Part shown: positions 54,401 through 64,000 of the stretch, one piece after another | Position numbering within the stretch: the stretch's first letter is position 1 | Layout: each line of letters starts with the position of its first letter | Source: Marsupella aquatica | Taxonomy: Eukaryota; Plantae; Marchantiophyta | Length of the DNA stretch: 64,000 nt | Assembly (NCBI GenBank): GCA_973895155.1 | Contig: OZ316897.1 | Span: forward strand, 6,498,370-6,562,369 | Reading direction: 5' to 3' | Program-made: the position numbers and the translations under genes | The notes under the pieces: model-generated | Databases searched by the model: none | Told to the model about the DNA's origin: nothing | The model's input: the letters and a program-made list of their open reading frames with translations, nothing else

Positions 54401-57400
54401 CAGTCCCAAAATGAGGTTGTCAACATCTGCTTCCTAAGGGTTGTCTGCGCCTATAGCTATAACTGTCGTTTGAGGCGACGAATATTCAGAGGTCCGTAGT
54501 ACTAAATTTTTTGTTTTGATCTGTACAGGATTCGACAGTGAATGGGGATAGTCCAGTTCAACCACTTTCAAAGAGTGAGATAATAAAACGGATGTGCCAT
54601 CAGTGTCAGCGGAATGATAAAGCGCAGATAATCAGTTGCCAGAAATGTGGCAGGAGGCGATACTGCACCATGTGTATTGCTAGATGGTAAGGGAGTCTTC
54701 TCAGCACATGCATTTACAAATCGAAAGAATGTTTTGGTTTAATTTTTCGCATCATTTGCCAACAGATGTTTTTAAGGGATAGTCTAACTGTTCTAACAGA
54801 TCGAGAGACCCACCAGGATTAATTAAATTCGCTCCACAACATCTTTTCCCCAACTCGTGCCTCCGATCATGTTAAGAGTGGATTTTTTTCTGTTGCTACT
54901 CTGATGGTTTTAAACTTCCCAGGTATCCGCATTTGACCGAGAAAGATTTTGAAAACAACTGTCCTCAATGCCGAGGAAACTGTAATTGCAAGGCGTGTCT
55001 TCGTAGCAATGGGCCAGTTTTGGTATGAACACTCCTGCAGTGCATTTCTTCTTATCTTGGAACTCACCAGCATATCTACGATGAACACTTATCATGCACA
55101 GTTCCTCAAATACACAGCTAATCAATCTTGTTTACAACTCATCATGCACAGTTCCTCAATTACACAGCTAATCAATCTTGTTCACAAAACATCATGCACT
55201 GTTCCTCATGTACACAGCTAATCAATATTTTTTGTTGTGGACAGGATGACTACAATCCTTCTGATTCTGAGAATGTCAAATATAGCCGTTATTTGCTAAG
55301 CAAGGCCATCTCTTATCTGACTGCGTTACATGAGGAGCAGAGCTCAGAGTTGGAGCTTGAAAGAACGCTAAAAGGTCGTTTTCCACCCAATATCAAATTT
55401 CTGAATTCACATTTGATCCTTGCAGTTTTTTAGTATTTACGAGCCTATTTGTTTTCATATTCGATTTTGTGAGTATGGGCGAGGGCAACCTTCTTACAAA
55501 AAATTTGCAGCTGGTGTAAGCCGAGGCAACATCATCAGAGTCACGGCTCTGTGCAATTTTGAGAGTTTCTCACCAGCTCGAAGTCCGGAGAGGCCCTTTG
55601 CATCCTGACGGCTCAGCTTTAAATTGACTACGAATCCCTCACTAGAGGAAGCTAGGGGCGATGTAGCGCTTCCACAGTAGTGCGTGGTCGCTCAGTGTTT
55701 ATTTTCCGCCTCTGTTAACATTTGATATCGCGTTGGTACAGGAAAGCCAGATTTCATTCCGAAACGAATTCCTCTTCAGGGTGATGAACGACTGTATTGG
55801 TAGGGTCTTCAATTGTTTTCAAGTTATAAGTAGTCTTCCGAATCCTCCATTTCTTAGGTAGTGCTTTGTTTCTTAGGTGCATCGGCAATAGGTTATGCTA
55901 GGTTATTTACTTCAGGAGTAGACAAGACTAATTTGATACCCGAGAGGCGCGACTGGAACCTTTACCGTCTAAACTTGACAAGGTTGCTGTTTTGTTCAAC
56001 AGTAACAATTGCAACACTTCCATCGTGGATTTTCATCGTCACTGTTCGGAGTGTGAGTATGATATATGCCTCGCATGTTGCAAGGAGCTGCGGCTTGGTT
56101 GGCAGCCAGGAGGGGAGGAGGCTGGGTCTGCCCATCACAAGTCAGTAGAAAGGGCTCTTAGCAAGCAGTCTGATGAAGAAGCCATTGAGGTGGGAGACAT
56201 TCTGAAAGCAGATGTTCTGGATCAAACCTGTCTCCCAGACTGGAAATCCAAGGAGGACGGCAGTATCGTCTGTCCACCGCAGGTGCGAGGTGGTTGTGGT
56301 TCGTCTTTGCTGCTCTTGATGACTCTGTTTGAGGACGATTGGGTGGCAAAGCTGGTCCGAGATGTACACGACATTGTGGACCCTAGCCTTGAGGCTCTTT
56401 TAGATGATGGAAACAAAAGTTGTGAAATTTGCACAACTGAACATCATTCAAATAGCTTGGAAAGCGAGGAGAAAATGGATAGAAAAAATGGAGCGGACAG
56501 CAGTAGGCGGCTCGCTGCCAACAGACCAGGAGCTTCAGATAACTACCTGTACTGTCCAACCATTGACGAAATAAACAACGAGGGCCAAGAGCACTTCCAA
56601 AAACATTGGATGCTGGGTGAGCCCATCATAGCTCGCAATGTCCTCGAAGCTGCTACAGGGCTTAGCTGGGAACCCATGGTGATGTGGCGAGCATTTCGTG
56701 AAACTACGAAGGGCAAGTTCAAGGATGAGACTAAGACTGTCAAAGCGCTTGACTGCTTGGATTGGTGTGAGGTATGTTTCTCCTGTGCTTGTTAGCTTCG
56801 CCTTTTCCAAGAGAGCCTCCTGCACTAGTGACGAAGGGAAAGAGTAGGTAAATCTATCAATAAATGCGTAAACATTGGAGATTTTGATTTTACTTCTCGC
56901 TGTATATTCCTCGTTTGACTTTTCACCACCCATCATATAAATACAGTAGGTCACTGGAGGACACTGCAGTCTGAACAGCCCTGCGCGTGGTTTAAATCAG
57001 GTTTTCAATAGCGTGAACGCTTCAGTATGGATGGCCTAATTTTTTCTCGTACAATGGTGCGCAGGTGGAGATCAACATCCACCAGTTCTTCAAGGGTTAC
57101 GAAGAGGGTCGTATGCACCGAGATGGGTGGCCAGAAATGTTAAAGCTCAAAGACTGGCCGCCTTCCAATTTTTTTGGGGAAAGACTGCCTCGTCATGGGG
57201 CTGAGTTTGTTAGAGCCCTTCCATTCCATGCATATACACACCCAACACGAGGCGCTTTAAATTTGGCTACGAAGCTGCCCGAGGACCGATCTCAACCTGA
57301 TTTGGGACCAAAGACTTACATCGCGTATGGAACTAGAGAGGAGCTGGGGAAGGGTGATTCAGTGACGAAATTGCATTGTGATATGTCCGATGCGGTTGGT

Positions 57401-60328
57401 CTTTCTTTCTCTAACTTGCAACTCAATTCGTTAGATAGATCCAGTTGGCATATTCTCTACTATTTCCATTGTTTCTGACTTATTCGTCGCTGTCTTGCAT
57501 GAGTAACCATCTTAAGCTTTTGAGCTGATTTGAATTGACAGGTCAATGTGCTGACTCATACTTCTGAAGTGAGATTTCCAAAGTGGCAACAGAGGCAAAT
57601 CGAGCGGACTAAGATGAAAGCCAAGGAAATTCAAGGCAGGAAATGTGCGGAAAGCGCTGAAAGACCAACCTCCAGTGTGATAGCTTCAGGATCTGGTCGC
57701 GAGGTGGAAGCTACACAGAGTCCAAAGTGGACGACAGCTACAGCATCTGGTTATGAGACAAAAGTAACAGACAGTCCCCTTCCGATCACAGCTGATGCAT
57801 CTGGTTGTGACGCAGAAATAACAGAAAGTCTCCTTCCGGTCATAACTGATGCATTTGGTGGTGAGTCAGAAATAACTGACAATCCCCTTGCTTTGGAAGC
57901 TTCAGCATGTGGTCGTGAGGTGGAAGGAACAGAGAATACCGTTGAGATCCCAGCGTCTGCACCTGTTTGTGAGACACTCCCTACAGACAATTCCTTGCTT
58001 ACTGTCGATCAAGATTCTGATGTTGCTTTGAAAGACTCTACCACTAACATGAGCCCAGGAGAGCGGGCTTTGACAACCACGTCACAATTTGGGTTGGATT
58101 CGGTTGCGAATGGGAAGTTTCCCATCACAAAGCTAGTTCTTCCTGTGGAATACCCTGTTCTCAAACAGGCTGACTCAAGCTCCCCGGAATTGCATGTGGC
58201 ATTAGAGTTGGGTACTGCTGTAGATGGTGAGTCTTCCAGCCGAAATGGGAGGCCAGAATCTTCATCAATGGATGAAGGTAGTAGGGGTTTTGGACTAGAC
58301 AAGCAGCATGCAGTGCCCGGAGGTGATTCCTACACTGCAATTGGGGAGGGTGAAGAAAAAAACCCTAAACATGTTGGAGGTAATGAAGAGGTGGCGCTAA
58401 CTACAGTCCGTGAAGCTTTAGAGGCTCCGGAAAATTGTCCACAATATGGTGGTGCCTTGTGGGATATATTCCGCCGAGAAGACGTCCCTAGACTAGAAGA
58501 ATACATCAAGAAACATATGGAAGAATTCAGGCATATCAGCAACAAGCCAGTCCCTTATGTGAGTAAAACATTCTTGAGAATCATGTGTCTTGCTTAGAAT
58601 TGTTCAATTTACTCTCATGGAATGCAACCTATGAAGAATTGCCAGCCAAGTACTGAGGTCTCAGTTGTGGGTGATTTCTTGGTTGCAGCTCCATCATCCC
58701 ATCCATGACCAAACATTTTATTTGGACGAAGGGCATAAGAAGCAGCTGAAGGAAGAGTATCGTAAGTGCTCTTTAACTTTGTCTAGGACACAGAAGGGCA
58801 GAGTTCAAGTTCTGGATCTTTGTGGCTTAAGATTTCCTGTTCTTAGTTTCTTCTTTATATAGTGGCTTGAATTTCGATATGTTGTTGGTGAGCACATGAA
58901 ACCCTACATGCACAGTCCGGGGGCCCTTGGTTTCAAGTTCAAGCTTAACCTGTACAAATCATGCTGGCAGGCTGAACACTAGTTGCTGCTTAGCTGTCGA
59001 GCTTATTGCAAGGGTTCACTTTATCCCTGTTTGATAGAGCAATCACAAATTCCTACGACACCAAACATTTACCACAAACTATTAAAGAAATGCATGAAGA
59101 TTTATATGCAGAATGGATTTTGTCACGCAGTAGAAATAATTTCTTGCAGAATTGTGTTCGACTTCACCATTCGAGCGCAATCACCATGGCCATGTTTGGC
59201 GGGGGAAACGTCATAGTTATGGCGATGACCAAGTCGTAGATTCCGTGTGGTCTTTATTTGTTTCCTAAACTAATTCCCTGTTTTGAAAACCTGGTATTTT
59301 GTAGAAACTGAACCTTGGACATTTGAACAGCATTACGGAGAGGCAGTTTTCATCCCTGCAGGATGTCCCCACCAAGTGAGGAACTTGAAGGTAATCTGTC
59401 AATCTCTAACCACTCTCAGTTCGAAAAGGGATGACTGAGTTTAACGTGCAAATAACTTTGTGTTTTTGACGAAAGTTTCATCCCTCTAACAACGTGTAAC
59501 GACTCTCAATATGTATGTGACCTCTAATGTTCCGTCAAATGATGGTGACTCAATTAAATACGTGGTTGTCTGAAAAAATAAAGGTCGAAACAGATTATCG
59601 TATCTCTGTGTTGCTTACTATGTGAGATCTGTTTTGGTTGGTTGTATGCAGTCTTGCATCAAAGTGGCCCTTGATTTTGTCTCCCCTGAAAATATTCAAG
59701 AATGTATCAGCCTTACGGAGCAGTTCCGTCTACTCCCGAAAGGTCATCGAGCTAAGGAGGACAAACTTGAAGTGAGTGTCTGCTGAGGGTCGTTTGCCGG
59801 GTTGTACTGTGTGGGTAATAGTGGTTTCTCATGATTTGAAAGGTTTCTACATTCTTGAAGCCTTGTGCTTGACTTCTATATGATCTAAACTACATCTCTG
59901 CTTCTGCACAGGTAAAAAGAATGGTACTGTACGCTGCCAAACAAGCTGTTGATGATGTGAAGGACTGGGGTCTCCGTCAAATGTGAGTTTAGTGTGTCTT
60001 TGTATTTGGACTCCTTCATAAATATCTACCCGTAACATAGGTAAGAGCAGGCTGTAGGACAGGGTTTCGGTCTGATAGTAAAAAGACATGAGTGAGAGTA
60101 CTATGCAGGATGGAATTCCTAGGATAGAATTCCTTTCTGATAGCAAAGGAGGCATCCCTTTAAGGAATCCTGGCTTACTTAGGCTTCAACAGTTCGCAGT
60201 GTTTTGCAAGTGATCGTAGTTTGGTAGTGCGCTGTCATGCCTTAGAGGCAGTTAAGTATCCTTTCTGAACAGTTTTATTGTACTCAATTGACTAATACCA
60301 ATGTTCATTAAAACCCTGCAGGATTTAG
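51489..60328 (+). CDS. KDM3/JHDM2-class JmjC histone H3K9 demethylase (JMJ25-29 group) with 2 WRC + RING-like Zn finger + JmjC, ~1389 aa; exons 51489-51504, 51877-51923, 52169-52266, 53160-54249, 54529-54686, 54923-55022, 55245-55374, 55742-55799, 56003-56771, 57065-57394, 57542-58558, 58689-58761, 59305-59390, 59652-59771, 59912-59982, 60322-60328 (or unspliced stop at 59986)
   Basis: All intron phases are compatible. Motifs: [16 protein letters not shown] twice; [29 protein letters not shown]; FQKHW..GEP; WEPMVMWRA; LKLKDWPP; [12 protein letters not shown]; [12 protein letters not shown]; [12 protein letters not shown]; HPIHDQ; [32 protein letters not shown]. The first three small exons are less certain. 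Confidence 0.9.
55091..55226. repeat. 50-bp tandem repeat x2.7 in an intron of the JmjC gene
   Basis: atcatgcac.gttcctca..tacacagctaatcaat at 55091, 55141 and 55191. Confidence 0.9.
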
Positions 60329-61350
60329 TGAACAACTGAGCAGAATTGCATGGATTTATGGTTATGGAGTAAGATATTAAGAGGAATTCCAGCCGGGTAG
60401 CTATTTCACTTACCAGTATTTCGAAGACAATTCTGGGTGCAGCAGTATGGATATTCTCAGCAGGATAGTTAAATAAAAACTAGAGAAGCAAAGTTTTATC
60501 AGAAAGTGTTGGAGTTCCTCTTAAGCACGGAGATTACAGATGGACAGTATAAGGTCAAAGCCCTTTTCTTAGCACTAATCTAATATCTTAGTGTTGGGTT
60601 AGTGCTAAACCAAGTTTTTGGAACGTGGGGCGACTCCTAAACAGATACGTTTCAACAGACGATTCCGGATCTGAGCAAATTGAACCTATTGTTGTCACTG
60701 GAGGGAGTGTGCAGAAGTGCATTGACTGCCAATATGTTGTGGTCAAATGCCATACAAACTCCCTTAATCTCCTCAGACGTGCTAGCTGTAGATTCCTATG
60801 GACGTGGAAGAGCCGTGGCATTGACAAGAGTAACTCAGCAGTTTTGGGGAGCACGGTCGCTCTTTTTAGGAAATTTTGTGGGGAGGAAGTGGAGCTACTA
60901 GCCTCTGGCGGAAATTGTAAAGTTGATTCTGTACAAAGATTTGCTAGTTTAATGCCGAGTTGCTGGCTGTGAGAGGTAAGGGGCCAGTATAAATTCTTTG
61001 TACTCAATTTTATTAGCCTAAAATTTATCTTCCGCATGCATGTGCAATACAAAGCCTAGTCCCCATTGAAAGTGTCCCTTCATGGCAAGGTTGCCTTCTT
61101 TCTAGTTGCCTGCGGTTTACTCAATTAATTACCACAAATGAGATATGTGGCGCCATTTGAGGATTTGTTTTATGAACATAGAGGTATTTTCTATAAAACT
61201 TCGTGTGATATGCTTGGAAAGCTAGAGGCAATTGCGGGCAAACACCCGTTTACATGTTCACCAAAGTTCTCTCTTATGGTGACTTTGTAAACATTTTAGT
61301 TCATTCCAAATATCAGTTTTAGATTATTGAGGGCAACCTAAGCTAGAATT

Positions 61351-61720
61351 AAAGGGGAAATTGTTACATATTTTGACACTTATCATCAATTGGCCTTGGT
61401 TAACTATAGTCACTTAACCAAATTACTGTAGAGTAATCTGGAGCATACATGAACCCATATAGTTCTTGGAGGTTCTTATTGTGCAAACTGAAGAGTTTAA
61501 GTTTTGGGAGAGAGAGAGTTTCAGTTCTGGGAGAGGTTGGAGAACAGATAGGGAAGTACCTGTAGCGCGGATTGTCAGGCTATGGTTAATGTACTAGTTT
61601 GTGCATAGTGAACCTGCTTCTACCAATTGCAGACGTAGCCCAGACGGGATGAACCAGATCTCTCGGTGTCAATGTACAGTTTGTGATGCATGTGTTGTGA
61701 TTCATGTGCTTGGTGATCTA
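61351..61720 (+). mobile_element. Possible old Copia-type LTR remnant
   Basis: PPT-like aaaggggaaat followed by TGTTA. The block gacgtagcc...gaacca..tctctcggtgtc resembles the R/U5 block of the LTRs at 18502 and 39059. Confidence 0.4.
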
Positions 61721-63189
61721 GAAATGTCATGCTGTCCATTTGGATCATTCAGCTACTGGTCACTCTCGGACAAACATCAAAATCAACAAGCCATTTGATC
61801 TACATTTTCCCCTTTGATCGCTTGCCCTTATCCACCTGCGTTGTTGCTAGCAATGATGAACAACTGCCTCATTGTTGGACTTCTCAACTGGAATTTCATT
61901 CGGTCCAACGTACACATAGTAACAAGCTGGCCAGGGGTGATCAAGATTGAAAGCAGGACAATGATCATGTACCTTTCAAGAGTGATACACACACTTCCAG
62001 ATGTCAATGATATTTATTTAATGTATCCACCTACAAGTTGGATCAATGGGAAGCCATATCTTGTTCAGGGTAGATGGACCCTACCGGTACATCCAAATGT
62101 GGTAATATACAGTGTGCATGCATTGATCTAAAGAAAATAGTAAGGTTTATCATGGTATATATGGAGGGATGTCGTACACAGTACATGTCATATTTTGATG
62201 TGTAGTTACCGGGACCCCGTAGATGGGCGTGCACGTACGTTGGCGAGAATGCTATGAACACAATTGCCAACCAAATGAGAATTATTTCTGCAAATGAGAA
62301 GGGTGTTTTCGTATTCTACTGATTCTACCAAAATTGGCAAGTTTTTATGATCAAACTTCTGAATCTTTTCCAAGATCTCATTTGGTATCGGAATTTGGAT
62401 TGAATTGATCATCTTAGGAATGGTGCAAACCCATGAAATTCACAATTGAGGCCCGCACTTTGTTTTTTGATAAATGAAATCCAGAACTAAACATTGAGAG
62501 ATAATCATGGATTCTGTGTTATCTCAGAAGATCTCAAGTTTAGACTCCAAAAGGAAAACCTTTGTACAGTCAAACTCCAATGCCCATATCTGACTCTCCA
62601 TTTCATTATCAAAATCTAGTTTCAATATTGGATGGAAATAGTTTGATAGAATTTTTGACCCAACACTATGGATTTTTATATCATAGTCAATAAAAAGTTA
62701 TCTCATAATTCAACAAAGTTACTTCATAGTTACTTTTAGAACCAAACCGATTGACCACATTACCTAATGTTAATAAAGTCAAAACCAAAACATTGTCACC
62801 CCAAGCAATGCAAAAGACAATAAATTTATTGCGACAATTTACAAACTGCAAAACTCTGCACGACAAAAACATGTGTGGGAATCCAAATCAAAACATATGT
62901 ATTGAGAAAACCAGAGGGCAATCTGAATATCTAATCATAAATTTATCCCTCTTTTCCAGGAAATGCAAAAATATATATAGCCCCAGACTTCACAAAAACA
63001 TTTCCAATTATTTCAGAAAACCACCCTCAAGTTTTGTTATGTTGTCGTTTAGCAAGGTCTGCAATCAAAAGTGGCCATGCAGATCTTCCCAAACAAAAAG
63101 TATAAAAGGGACATCATCACTTAATAAGTTTTTAGTGTCATTTTTTGTGAGGAGAGTTTTGATCATTGTGTTTTTAGATTGACAATTCT

Positions 63190-63810
63190 TTGAGTGACAT
63201 TTGGGATTTTCCCACTGTTCACTCACACTTACTCACACTGTGGTAAGCTTTACTAGTATGTATTTTTTAATAGATGATCACTCAAGATGTGTATGGATTT
63301 ATTTCATGGAAAAGAAGAATGATAAATTTGTCAGTAGAAAGCCCAAGTTGAGAACCAGACAAGAAACATAGTTACATGTTTGGTTACGAAAGTGAAATGT
63401 TTATGATTGGACAATGGTGGGGAGTACACTTGACATTTTTTAAAGGTACAATTTAACATGGAATCGGGAAAGGATTACTTGTCATCTCACCACGGTTTAC
63501 ACTTCACAATAAAACAATGTCATTGAGAAGCTCAATCAAACATTGTTGGAACATGTGAGGTGTAACTATGTTAAGGCCAATTTGGTTCACCATGTGTAGT
63601 TTGAGCTGAAGTTGTGAAAATTAGAGTTTGTTTGATAAACCCTTCTCTTTCTAGTGTGATTAATAATATGATGTGGTTTGAATGGAGGTATGAACCGGGG
63701 TATGAACTATAAGCAAATTACCAACCCTTGGTAGTCTTTGGATGTGATGTTTATCCTCTCACACCTAAGGAGCAACAGTCTAGCTAGATATTACATCCAA
63801 GATATTTACT
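63190..63810 (+). pseudogene. Highly degenerate Copia integrase fragment related to copies A/C
   Basis: SDIW...GKLY..IDDHSRCVWIYFM...KAQVENQTRNIVTCL..KVK...DNGGEYT...EKLNQTLLE, with many stops and frameshifts. Confidence 0.8.
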
Positions 63811-64000
63811 AGTTATCAGTCATTGATATCAATTATCAATTATCTATCCCTAAATTCTTGTCAACTGTGCAGTTGACAAGAAGCCTTTGCACCTTTGTGC
63901 ATCTCAACACCATAGCTAAAATGGGCTCAATCTTGGCTAGGGAGGCTTGCCAAGATAGGTGCATGGACCCTAAACCACCACAAATTGAAAAAAAGTTTTT

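Noticed and set aside
51489-60328. Assigning the symbol IBM1/JMJ25
   Set aside because: The family is clear, but orthology within JMJ24-29 needs a phylogeny, and there is no large heterochromatic intron as in IBM1.

Overview
Eukaryotic land-plant nuclear DNA, most likely a bryophyte or liverwort. The evidence is spliceosomal introns, an XTH, an MTP12-type transporter, a WRC-JmjC demethylase, Copia/LINE/Mutator/CACTA elements and a canonical PKA catalytic subunit, which angiosperms lack. Five host genes are present: (1) exon 1 of a xyloglucan endotransglucosylase/hydrolase (minus, runs off the left edge); (2) a single-ORF 1051-aa MTP12/ZnT5-type zinc transporter with a ~350-aa His-rich loop; (3) a 12-exon PKA catalytic subunit with a GC-AG intron; (4) a 2-exon DUF1997-like plastid protein; (5) a 15/16-exon KDM3/JMJ25-class H3K9 demethylase with a tandemly duplicated WRC domain. 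Between them are two Mutator-like non-autonomous elements with TSDs, a decayed CACTA transposase, a rearranged head-to-head Ty1/Copia composite (13369-20229), and a LINE interrupted by an 8-bp-TSD MITE and by a young full-length Copia (32986-39479). The most unusual observations are: a stop codon between gag and pol conserved in both Copia copies (ATGA overlap in one, in-frame stop in the other); a Copia composite bounded by two U5 ends; U3 promoter replacement by an 18-bp minisatellite; and a predicted NMD-triggering 3'UTR intron behind the otherwise intronless zinc transporter. Gene models were assembled by eye from splice signals and frame continuity; no database searches were run.
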